Shown here piece by piece: positions 31,798-43,945 of a DNA stretch of 64,000 bases (position 1 is the stretch's first letter; every line of letters starts with the position of its first letter). Source of the DNA: the human T2T-CHM13v2.0 reference genome, Homo sapiens; assembly GCF_009914755.1 (NCBI RefSeq), contig NC_060926.1; one strand, 5' to 3'. The notes beneath the pieces were generated by a model that was given only the letters and a program-made list of their open reading frames with translations, did no database searches and was not told the DNA's origin. Position numbers and translations under genes: made by a program.

Positions 31798-32573
31798 CCT
31801 GAGAGTTTAATACGACACCCAGAGTTGATGTTGATATCCACTGTTACATATCAGTGTTACAACTCTGTTCCAGGAGGGCTTGATTGCATCTATAACACAG
31901 AGCGTTTACACACGAAAAGGATTTCTTTTTCTCCAATTCTTCCTTTCAACATGAAATCTGTGGAATATTTCCCTTCCTGCCCCTAACAACTTCTAGAACT
32001 TATAGGCAAACTAGATTCCTAACTTTCAGATTCCATAACTACTCATTTTGGCTATTAAAACTCGGTATATTTAAAGACTTTAATCTCATCCTCAACTTAA
32101 ATCTCATTTTCCCCTCCTCCTAGGGTAGAACTGACCTGGGACCCTGATTATTAGAGAATCTGTTTCTGCAACATCTTTCCTTCTTACCTTTTCCAAAGCT
32201 GAAGTCTCCAGCATTAGGTAGGAAAAGGGCGAAGGTCTAGGACAAGAATCTCTTCCAACTTGGTGGGTTGTCACTTCTCTCTGACTAACACTGTGGTTCT
32301 AAGGATGCCCTCTGTGTGACAGTCCCTAAATTCTGCTTTCCTTGTGGGGTACATGTATGAGTTCTTCAGAGTCAAGGCCTGCCCACCACAGGAATCTCCA
32401 ATGCAGATGACGCCACCCCACCTCATCCACAGCCATCACCCATCCACTCAGTGGTACATCCAATACTCTATTATTACTGGGTTTACTACTAGGCTCTCCT
32501 GCTCCTCCCCTGCCCACTTGGCTTGGGGTGGGAGGTGAAGGCTCCCTCTTCTCCCTCAAGGGAGGATGAACCA

Positions 32574-32954
32574 TGTTATGGCTTGAACGTGTCCCCCTCT
32601 CCAAAGTTCAAGTGTTGCAAACTTAATCCCAAATGCAACAACGTTGAGAGGTGGGACCTTTAAGAGGTGATTAGGTAATGAGGGCTCTGCCTTCATAAAT
32701 GGATTAATGCTATTATCTCAGAGTGGGTTTCTGATAAAAGGATGAATTTGGTTCCCTTCCTCTCTTGCTCTCTCACACTCTCTTGCCCTTCTGCCTCCTG
32801 CCATGGGATGACACAGCAAGAAGGTCCTTGCCGGATGCCAGTATTTTGATGTTGGACTTCTTAGCCTTCAGAACTATGAGAAATAAATTTCTTTTCTTTA
32901 TAAATTATCTAGCCTTTGGCATCCTGTTATAGCAACAAAAAATGGACTAAGGCA
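32574..32954 (+). mobile_element. MSTC/D-like MaLR solo LTR
   Basis: tgttatggcttgaa...aatggactaaggca; 5-bp TSD aacca at 32569-32573 and 32955-32959. Confidence 0.88.
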
Positions 32955-33019
32955 AACCACAAGCCTGATATTCTTCCTTTTTCTAGCATCATCCTAATAC
33001 TATTATATATAATATATAT

Positions 33020-33395
33020 GAGAGTTTATTAAGCATTAACTCACGCAATCACAATAGGCCATCTGCAGGCTAAGGAGCAAGGAGAGCCAGTCCAAGTGCC
33101 AAAACTGAAGAACTTGGAGTCTCATGTTCCAGGGCAGGAAACATCCAGCATGGGAGAAAGATGCAGGCTGGGAGGTTAGGGCAGTCTCTCTTTTCACATT
33201 TTTCTGCCTGCTTATATTCTAGCTATGCTGGCAGCTGATTAGATTGTGCCCACCCAGCTAAAGGGTGGGTCTGCCTTTCCCGGCCCACTGACTCAAATGT
33301 TAATCTCCTTTGGCAACACCCTCACAGACACACCCAGGATCAATACTTTGTATCCTTCAATCCAGTCAAGTTGACATTCAGTATTAACCATCACA
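33020..33395 (-). mobile_element. MLT2A (HERVL) LTR, partial
   Basis: 'gagtttattaagcattaactcac ... aagttgacattcagtattaaccatcaca'. Confidence 0.88.
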
Positions 33396-34002
33396 TATAT
33401 GTTGTCCCCATTACTGGTGGCTGCCTTATAACATGGTATTAACACATCTTCTTTTGGGCTGGGGGTCTAGTTACTAATTCCTGGACAATAATACTTACAT
33501 TTAAAAAAAACACGTGCATCAGATAAATAGAGATATTAGTAAAAGTCTTAGCGTGGTTCTTCAAGACCATTGCAAGATTGCCATCTCTTTCTGGCCAAGG
33601 TTCAGGACAGGATTGAGATACTAAAAGTTGCCTTGAGTGGGGGCATTATGGCCCAAATCAGTGCAAATAGCCTCAAACCAAACCACTAAGTCCAAGTGGT
33701 CGGGCAGGAGAAGAGGTAAATGTGGGAGTCTGAATCACTGGGGAAAAGAGAAGAGTTGGTGACTGAGGGGACCAACGAGGCTGCAGAGGAGGATGGATGC
33801 CTTTTTCTATAAGGGTTTTTCTGTGGCCCTTTGATCATTATGTGAGCAAGCTAAATGAATTAAAATCAGAAAATCTGAAAATCTAACACGAAATAACATT
33901 TGTACACTGAGGAGGGTAAGAAAAAATGCACTCATTACCCCTTTCAGATTATGCCAATAAACTGGGCATTTTTGGTTTGAGTCAATGCAGGACAATGTAT
34001 GG

Positions 34003-34413
34003 TCTTTAGTCCCATTTTCTGTTGCCTATAACAGAATACCTGAAACTGGGTAATTTATAAGAATATATTAATTTCTTACAATTCTAGAGGCTGAGAAATC
34101 CCAGGTTGAAAGGCCATATCCAGTGAGAGTCTTGTTGCTAGTGGGAACTCTCTGAAGGGTCCCGAAGGAGGTTATCACCTGGTGAGGAAGCTGAGTGTAC
34201 TAACATGCTAGCTCAGATCTTTTTCTCGTCTTATAAAGCCACTGGTTCTCCTTTCATGATAACACATTAATCCATGAATAAATTAAACCACTCATGAGGG
34301 CAGAACCTTCATGATCCAATCACTTCTTAAGGGCTCCACCCCACCTCTCAATACTGCCACATTGCGGATTAAGTTTCAACATGAATTTTGGAGGGGCTAT
34401 TCAAACCACAGCA
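34003..34413 (-). mobile_element. MST-family MaLR LTR
   Basis: 'tctttagtcc..ataacagaatacctgaaactgggtaatttataa ... tcaaaccacagca'. Confidence 0.82.
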
Positions 34414-34702
34414 ATAAGAACTAAGTAAAACAATGAAGGTGGTATATAATTGTGGAAAGCTTCATCCATTTATAAAAAAAATTTGCTGAGTTTCTCCAGT
34501 ATACCAGACCTGTTATATATGTTGGGATACAACAGTGACCATGACAAACAGAGTCTTGATATCTTGAAGCTCACTTTCATCTTCTGATGCAGCTCTCTCT
34601 ATATTTGAAACATGATCATCTATATATTTAATGTGATTATCAAGACCATACTTATTTGAGTTGGGGGGTATGCCTTATTGTTCTCAGTATTCCTAGCACC
34701 TA

Positions 34703-35048
<346 letters not shown>

Positions 35049-36519
35049 TTGTTGATGGAATAAGTGAATTCATTTGCAGTAAGAATAACATAACTCATGA
35101 AATGCATCCAAAATACACATGTTGTTAATTTAGCATTACTAAAACTTCATGAAACCAAAATTCCTCTCATATATTCGGAAATGTAGCACAAAAAAGTGTT
35201 TTGATTAGTGAAATTATGTAGAAAAATATACCTAAAAAGGATATATTCAGAGATAGTCAGGAGTTATTTTCATTTTCTTCCATTATGGCTATTTATTTGT
35301 GCCAAAAAATTGCTGTTAGAAGTTGTTTTTAAAAATAGAATCTTTAAGTGGTACATTAAATCCAGCTGGCTTCAAACGGTACAGGGTGGTGGTGTTGGGG
35401 GGAGGGTCACAGATGGCCAGATCTCTAGGGAATTCTATGACCTCAGTGATGACTGACTAAAATTCCTGGACTTTTCCTGGACTTTTCTTGTGAGAGGAAT
35501 TCTACAGTTGATAATTATTGATAATTATCAATTCTTGTTCCCTGATAGTTATTGTTATTACTTTTTATTGAGGTAAAATTCACATAAGATAAAGTTATTT
35601 TGAAGTGTGCAATTCAGTGACTTTGAGTACATTCACAATATTATACAACTATCACTTCTCTCTAGTTTCAAAACACTTTCATCACCCCAAAAGAAAACCT
35701 CATACCCATTAAGCAGTCACCCTGAGAATTATTTAATCTCTGGCTCCACATAATAAGCACCAATCCTATCAGCTCTGTAATAGAAAAATAACAGGAAAAG
35801 TATTTTCCTCCAAAAAGTATAAAAATTGTAACTTTAATAATAGGGTTTGCAAGGCCAGTCAAGGGCTAGCCTGTGATCCTTTGAGTGATGCCGTGGTGAC
35901 CTCTGATGCTGAACATATGGGCATGGTCTGACCTCCAGATGGGCAGCAGGTGTATCTCTGCATAGGCCTCTGAGAAAGCTACCTGGGATGATCCTGGAAG
36001 ACCAAAATGTCAACTGAGTTTTTAAGTGTATTTAAGGTTTTCAGACTTAAATGATTTTTGAATTGTCAAACACCACGCAAAGAGTAGATATGGTAAGTGA
36101 TTAAAAAAGCACATTAAATATAAATGGATTGAAATGTGAAAAAAGCCACAAACACTACACACTGACAGCCTTTAGGAAATGCCTCTTTACAACCTTGACT
36201 TTCTTGATGAGGAATTTGTGCTGGTAAAGGGGCTTTCGTTTATTTAGGGGATGGACCGAGAGGCTTCCTGAGGAGAAAATCTATTTTAAGGCAAGACCAT
36301 GAAGGAGGAGTTTGGGCTGGAAACAAAGGCTAAGTCACCAAAGGGGTGTGACCTTTCTGATTCCAGGGTTATATTGTCATTCAGATTACTTTCCTAGCCC
36401 AGATTCTCTTTGAGGTCATGTTTGGATGGGGTAGAGTAGGAACATGGTAAATAAAAAATTGAAAATGGAAAGAGCTGCTTATCTAAGAGGGAGTCCTAAA
36501 CTAGGCTAAGGTAGCTTTT

Positions 36520-36870
36520 CCACTCAACAAAGATGTGTGGAAAGCACTATGTGCTGGGCATTTGTTAAACATGGAAGATACAATGGTAAACAGGACAGAT
36601 ATACTCCCTGTCTCCAAGAATTTTACAGTCTAAAGGTAGATATTTAAAATAGGACTACATAAATATTGACTACAATAAAGACTACAGAGGAATAGTTCAC
36701 TAGGCAACGGCAGTGTTTAATGGCAGAACTCTAACCCAGTCTGGAAAGACAGGGAAGACTTTCCTGAGGAGACATTTCAGCTGAGATCTGAACAATAAAG
36801 GGTAGGGAAGGCAAGAGGGTGGGGGCAGTAGGCACAGTGTGTGTAAATGTTTTGAGGTGGGAGGAGCTGG
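36520..36870 (-). mobile_element. L2 3' fragment
   Basis: 'cactcaacaaa..actatgtgctgggc..ctttcctgaggagacatttcagctgagatctgaa'. Confidence 0.6.
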
Positions 36871-37861
36871 AGTTTGAGGCCAGCGGGCTTAAGCATAGGG
36901 GCCAGTGAGAAAAGCAGCAGAACAGTTTATGAAGGAGCTGGCTACTTCCCTGCACTTGTGGACTGTTCTGCCAGCAAGCAAACCAGCCACAGGCAGGGCA
37001 GAGAGACCTTCACTGTTGTAAGGTTGTGGGGTATGAATTGAACTGGGGCCTTGAGGGGCTTGGTAAATGGATTAGGCAGGTGTCTGGTTACCCCTCTAGC
37101 TAGATGTACTAGGCCTTTTGTGTGGCCAGGTCACATGCCTCTGGCTTCTATGCAACATTGTCCCAAAGACATGGATTCAATCCCTTCCAGAAACTCCAAA
37201 ATTATCCTGGACTCTGGATCAAGTCTCAGACCAGGAACCACAGCTAAGGCATGTGGTACTGACAGGGTTGGCCTACTGCCTGGTTAAAAATTTTGGCTCA
37301 ATTCGGGGGCACATGTGTTTGTTCATCTGCATGGGAAACCCCTCATGACACTGACTCTTCTATTGTAGGAAGGATGCAGCCATGCTTGTGCTTTACCTAG
37401 CAGAAACATTTTACCAGGAATGAGCTGCGTGAAGAGCCATACATCTCTCAGTCACATCAGGGCCAGGCTTCCTATCAGATATTTGGGCAGAACTTCTATG
37501 AGTAGGGATAGCACCTCCAACCATCCATAGCTCCAGGGAGCCTCAAAAGTTGTCCATCTTGTTTAGAGCACTAGCACCTAGCACATGCACCTAGGTGCAT
37601 TTTAGGAAATCAAGAAATATCACTGTAATGGATGAGTGGAGGTAGAGCACAGAGCAGGCAGTTCTGCTAAAGCAGTTCTCAGCTAACCCAAAAGATTAGC
37701 ATTCTTTGCTTGCAGAGATGTGAAAAGCCAGCAGCTAAATCAGTGAGTCTCATCCCTCCCTGAACATATACATTACATACATATAAGTTTTATTTAAGGT
37801 ATGTTTTTAAAATATATTTATAAAGAAATTAGGCTGGAAGTAAATATGCCCAAATATTAAA

Positions 37862-38020
37862 TTTTTTTTTTTTTTAGACAGGATCTTGTGTTGTCTCCCA
37901 GGCTGGAGTGCAGTGGCATGATCATAACTTACTGAAGCCTTGAATTCCTGGGTTCAAACGATTCTTCCACCTCAGCCTTCCATTTAGCTGGGACTATAGG
38001 CGTGTACTACCATGCCTAGC
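37862..38020 (-). mobile_element. Alu monomer (FRAM or AluJ right arm)
   Basis: Single Alu arm with T tail; ccaa(a)tattaa(a)tttt repeated on both sides. Confidence 0.85.
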
Positions 38021-38114
38021 CAATATTAATTTTTTGACAATAGGATTATGTATAGTTATCTTACTCTATGGATATACTTAATCTATGGATTTCTGTATGT
38101 TACTTAAAAAAAAA

Positions 38115-40040
38115 AAGCTTTACTGAAGTATAGCTGGCATATAATAAAATGCATATGTTTAAAGTCTCACTATGAAAAATTTTAACACATTAATACACCT
38201 GTGAAAACATCACCACAATCAAGACAGTGAATATATGCATCACTCTCAAAAGACTCTTCTTATCAAAATACACAGACATAAAATTTACCATCTTAACAAT
38301 TTTAAGTATACAGTTCAGTGTTATTAAATACATTCATAAAATTATGCACCATCACCACCATATAACTCCATAACTCTTTTCATTTTGTAAAACTGAAACT
38401 CCATAGCCATTAAACAATAACTCCCATTCCCTTCTATCCCGAGCCCATGGAAACCACTATTCTACTTTCTGTCTATGATTTTGACTATTCTAAGTTCATC
38501 TTGTCCTTTTTTAATGCCACCTTCTTGCCCCACCCTCACCCCATCCCCAGACAACCACTGATTTGTTTTATATCACTATAGATTAGTTTTTGTTCCTTAG
38601 AATTTCATACAAATGGAGTTATAATGTACACTTTCTGTCAAGTCTGGCTTCTTTCATACAACAGAATTACTTTGAGATTCCTCCATGTTGTTGTTTGTAT
38701 CAATAATTTATTCCTTTTTATTACTGAGTAATAGTGCATTGTATATATACTTAATTTGCTTATTCATTCATTGTACATGGACATTTGGGTTGTTTCTAGT
38801 TTTGAGCTATTACAAATAAAGCTGCTGTGAATATTCATGTATAAGTCTTTGTGTGGGTGTAAGTTTTCATTTATCTGAGGCAAATACCTAGGAGTTGAAT
38901 GGGTCATTTGGTGGATGTATGGCTTAACTTTTTAAAAAGCTGCTAAGCCATTTTCCAAAACAACGATAACATTTTACATTTTCATCAGAATTGTATGAGA
39001 GTTCCTGTTGTTCCATAACCTCTCCAAAACTTAGTATGATTAGTCTTTTTAATTTTAGACATTCTAGTGGGTATAGGTATATCATTGTGGTTTTAATTTG
39101 CATTCTGTAATGATCAATGATGATGAACATCTTTTTATGTGCTTATTTGCCATCTGAATATCTTCTTTGACAAAAAGTCTGTTCAAATATCTTATCTGTA
39201 GGTTTATTTGTGTATGTGTGTTCTTATTGTTGAGTTTCAAGAATTCTTTATGTATTCTAGATAGAAGTCCTTTATTTGATATGTGATATGCAAATATTTT
39301 GTCCTGTCTGTGTGGCTTTTCACTCTCTTTGGTGTCTTTCTATCAGCAAAATGTCTCAATTTTGATAGAGTTTAATTTATCAAAATTTTTAAATGGATCA
39401 TCTCTTTCATATGGTATCTAAGGAAGCTTTGTTTAGCCCAAGGTTACCAAGATTTTCTCTTAATTTTTCCTTACAGAAGTTTTATAGTTTTAGTTAAGTT
39501 GAGGTTGATGCCTAGGAAAATAACAACAACAACCAAAAAGAACAAATTTAAAAACAACAAAAAATAAGTTTCATATTTTAGGTTTTATATTCAGGTCTAT
39601 GATCAATTTTTAGTTGATTTTATTTATGGTAGAAGGTATGGACCAAAGTTCATTTATTTGCAAATAAATGTCCCATTGTTCTAGTACCTTTTGTTGAAAA
39701 TGACTATGCTTTTTTCCTGAATTGACTTTGTACTTTTGTTAAAAATCAATGGACCATACATGTGTAGGCCTATTTCTGAAGTCTCTATTTTATACCATTG
39801 AACTATTTGACTATTTTTATGCCACTATCTTTAAGTCAGACAGTATAAGTGTGCCATTTTTGTTCCTTTTTTTTTTTTTTCCAAATTGTTTTGGCTATTC
39901 CAGGTCCTCTGCATTTTTATGAGTTTTAGAGTCAATCTGTCAACTTTTAAAAAATCTGCTGAAATTTTGATAGGGGTTGCATTGAATTTATAGATGAAAT
40001 TGGGGATAATTGATGTCTTAAAAATATCAAGTCTTCAATC
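38115..40040 (-). mobile_element. L1MB-type element(s), with a nested L1MB 3' piece at ~38265-38500
   Basis: Antisense L1 3' UTR and ORF2 motifs throughout. Confidence 0.8.
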
Positions 40041-41735
40041 ATTTGGGTATTGGTTACTCCAAGCCAATTCAATCAGAATCTCTGGGGACAAGACAAGCCA
40101 TTGTATTTTCTAAGAAATTCCCCAGGTGCTTTTAATGTACAGCCAGAGTTGTGAACACTGATCTCTGGCATCTGTCTTGCAGGCAGCTCTGACTGCTTAA
40201 TGCTCCCAAAGGAAATGAACTATATTGAATAACACAAGGCATAATTGAAGGAAATAGTGACACTGAGCTTAGAGAAAAACTTTCAAGGAGACATGGACTT
40301 GAAAGGCTATCATACAGGAGAGGAATTAGACTCTTGCAAACCCAACAGACAGAAACTTCAGGGAATCAGACATTATCTTAGCCCAAGGAGGTACTTTCAA
40401 CAGTCAATGATGTCCTCAGAAACAATGGGCTTTCTAGGAGGGGAGATCTCTTTGGTCCTAGAGATTAGTGGGATTCATTCACTAAACATTCACCAGCTCC
40501 CTACAATGTACTGACAAGAAAGTTGCAGAGGCTTTTCAGTATCAGAAGAGTTCTTGGAAGAACTACTCTGAGTTTGATAACTACTCTGAGTTTCTGATTC
40601 CATAAAATACTTTTTGAAAATTCTTCATGAAATTCTCATGAAATGGCTACTTTGTACTGTTGGGCCACAACTGTAGGCTTTCTTATTATTCATAGCTCAA
40701 GGTTGTTGGGGAAAAAAATGAATACATTGCCAGTGGGTATGTATTATGTAGGACATAATGCATTATGTAGGACAGAGAACAGAAATAGTAATAATGCAAC
40801 TGTCTCACTGAGAAAAAGAAGCTCAGAACCATGAAACTTCTGTGGGTAGGAAATTCCAATAACATAAAAATATGTGGGGTGAATCTATTGCATTGATCAC
40901 ATGACCAGGATAATGTAAAGTTTATATGGAGTATAGTTTGTATGGAGTTAAAGTAGCAGCTAAAATATTTGACAGATTTAGAAATATAATTAGTTTTTTC
41001 AAGGGCATATGGAACCTTGACCAAAATGGACCATATTCTGGACCATAGAAGAGATTGGCCTGTGTTTCTTTCTTGTATTGGCCTCGTGAGGTTTTGGTAC
41101 CAGGTTATGTGGTCTCATTAAACAAATTGTCTATTAGACCTCTATATACAGAATCTATACGGAATAATTCAACAAGCAAGAACTACTCTGAGTTTGGTAA
41201 CTACTCTGAGTTTCTGATTCCATGAAATAGTTCTTTAAAATTTTTCATGAAACTTTCATGAAATGGCTACATTATACTGTTGGGTCACAACTGTAGGTAT
41301 ATCATAATTCACATTTCAAGGTTGATGGGGAAAAAAATGAATACATTGCTGGTGGGTAACTAATTCTGTGTGAGGGATACAGAATTCTATTAGTTTTTCT
41401 TTAAGTTTCTGTTAGTTTTTCTCTAAGTTCAGAGTCACTATTTCCTTCAGTCATTCCTTGTGTTATTCAACACGGCTCATTCCTTTTGAGAGCCTTAAGC
41501 AGGTAGAGTCCCCCCAAGACAAATGCCATGTATGAGTCTGAACAAATTTCAAATGATTGAAATGAAACAAAGCATGTTCTCAAACTACAGTGGAATTAAG
41601 CTAGAAATCAGTAATAAAGGATAATTTAAAAATTGCTAAGTCATTGGAAATTACACATACACTTCTAGATAACCTACGGTTCTAAGGAAACTTCAACAAA
41701 TATTGGAAACTTTTTGAGCTGAAAATAATATTTTA

Positions 41736-41777
41736 GTCTACCACCATACCACCCTGAACGTGTCCAATCTCATCTGA
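41736..41777 (+). pseudogene. Tailless 5S rRNA retropseudogene (nt 1-42)
   Basis: gtctaccaccataccaccctgaacgtgtccaatctcatctga matches the 5S 5' end at 36/42; flanking repeat ctgaaaataatatttt at 41719-41734 and 41774-41789; no A tail. Confidence 0.92.
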
Positions 41778-42147
41778 AAATAATATTTTGTTTCAGATTA
41801 GGAAAATACAACATATTCAAACTGGAGTGCAATTTAAGTTGTACTCAGAAAAATATTTGTATCCTTAAATGAATATATTCAAAAAGAAGGTGAAAATCAT
41901 TTGAAAAAGTCATGAAAAGAGTACCAAATTAAACCTAAAGGAAGTGTTAAAGTGAAGCATATTAAATTATCTGTATTCAACTATTTTTTACCTACAAAAA
42001 CAGCAATTTCATTTTGTTAAATTTAATAGAAGGAAATAAATAATAAATCACAGAACTTAACAAGCTATAATGAAACAAACAAACAAAAAAACAAAATTAT
42101 AGTGGTGTGAATCAAAACCAAAAGTTGCTTCTTTATGAAGACTAATA

Positions 42148-42654
42148 CAGTGGTTCTCAAAGTGTGGTCTGAGGACTTTTGGACATCTCTGAGGTCCTTT
42201 CAAGGAGTCTACAGGGTCAAAATTATTTTTATAACAATAATAATATGTTCGTTTTCATCCTTATTCCCTCACAAGTATACAACAGAGTTTTCCAGTGGAT
42301 GCATGACAGGGAATATTGCAACAGATTGACAGCAAAAATAGGTGAAAGACTCCAACTGTCTTCGATTAAGCCTGACATTAAAAGAGATTTAAAATGTAAA
42401 ACGATGTCACTCTTCCCAATTTCTTGTTTTAAAAAAAATTACTGTTTTCATTTGAGATAAACATTTTATCTCTATTATCTTTATTATGTTAAAAATAACA
42501 TAAAATGTTATGCTAAAGTATAATAGTTATAAGTAAATTTAAAAATAAATATTTTAAATTTTTCACATTTTTAACCTGTAACATAAATATTTATCAAAAT
42601 ATCTTTAGGGTCCTCAATAATTTTTAAAAGTGTAGAGAGTCCTGAGAATCGCTG
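42148..42654 (+). mobile_element. Charlie1-family hAT element inside L1M
   Basis: cagtggttctcaaagtgtggtc start, tgagaatcgctg end; degenerate 8-bp TSD gactaata/agctaata. Confidence 0.8.
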
Positions 42655-43067
42655 AGCTAATAAAATTGATTTATCAGTGGTGATGGTGATCAAGAAAAAA
42701 AGAAATAAAGGCATGAATCTCTAATATCGAGAATGAAAAGGAGATATCACTATAAAGTCAATGGACATTAAAAAATAATAAAATATTATAAACATCTTTA
42801 TGTTAATTGATTTGAAATTTTAATAAATTGATAAATTCCTAACAATATAAAACTCAAGCGACACAAAAAAAATAGAAAATACAAATAATTTATATCTATT
42901 TAAACATTTAATCTATAATTTAAAACCTTTCTCTGGTATACACAAAACCTGTAGGCCCAGATGACTTTGTCAGTGAATTCTACCGAACAATTAAAGAATA
43001 AATAACACCAATCTTACACAAACTCTTCAAGGGAATAAACTAAAAGTGGAAACTTGCCAACTTGTTT

Positions 43068-43945
43068 TTTTTTTAATTTCAACTTTTATTTTAGATTCAG
43101 GGAGTACATGTGCAGGTCTGGGTTAATTGTTATATTGCATGATGCTGAGGTTTGGGGTACAATTGATCCTGTCACCCAGGTAGCAAGCATAATTCCTGAT
43201 AGGTAGTTTTTCCTTGCCCCCTCACTCTCCCTGCCCTCTTTTGGAGGCCCTGATGTCTATTGTGCTTATCTTTGTGTCTGTGTGTACCCAATGTTTAGCT
43301 CCCACTTATAAGTGAGAACATGTATTTACTTTTCTTTTCCTGTATTAATTCTTAGGATAATGGCCTCCAGCTGTATCCATGTTGCTACAAAGGACTTACT
43401 TTTGATATTTTTTTAATGGCTGCATAGTATTCCATTGTGTATATGTACCACATTTTCTTTATCTAGTCCACCACTGATGGGCACCTGACTTGATTCCATA
43501 TCTTTGCTATTGTGAATAGTGCTGCGATGAACATATGAGTGCATGTGTCTTTTTTGTAGAATGACTTATTTTTCTTTGGGTATATACCCAGTAATGAGAT
43601 TGCTGGGTCGAATTGCAGTTCTATTAGTTCTTTAAGAAATCTCTAAACTACTTTCCACAGTGGCTGAACTAATTTACATTCTCACCAACAGTGTATAAGC
43701 ATTCCCTTTTCTCTGAAGCATCTGCCTTTTTGACTTTCTAATAATAGCCATTCTGACTGATGTGAGATGGCATCTCATTGTGGTTTTGATTTGCACTTCT
43801 CTGACGATTAGTGATGTTGAGCATTTTTTCATGTTTGTTGGTCGCTTGTATGTCTTCTTTTGAGAAGTGTTTATGTCCTTTGCTCACTCTTTAATGGGGT
43901 TATTTGGTTTTGCTTGCTGAATTATTCCTTATAGATTCTGTATAT
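43068..43945 (-). mobile_element. 5'-truncated L1PA15/16-like element inside L1M
   Basis: T tail followed by antisense L1PA 3' end; TSD caacttgttt at 43058-43067 and 43960-43969. Confidence 0.9.

Noticed and set aside
41180-43909. Possible inversion between the 136-bp inverted repeats
   Set aside because: The L1M is in the same orientation inside and outside the interval and the L1PA TSDs are colinear, so this is a copy rather than an inversion
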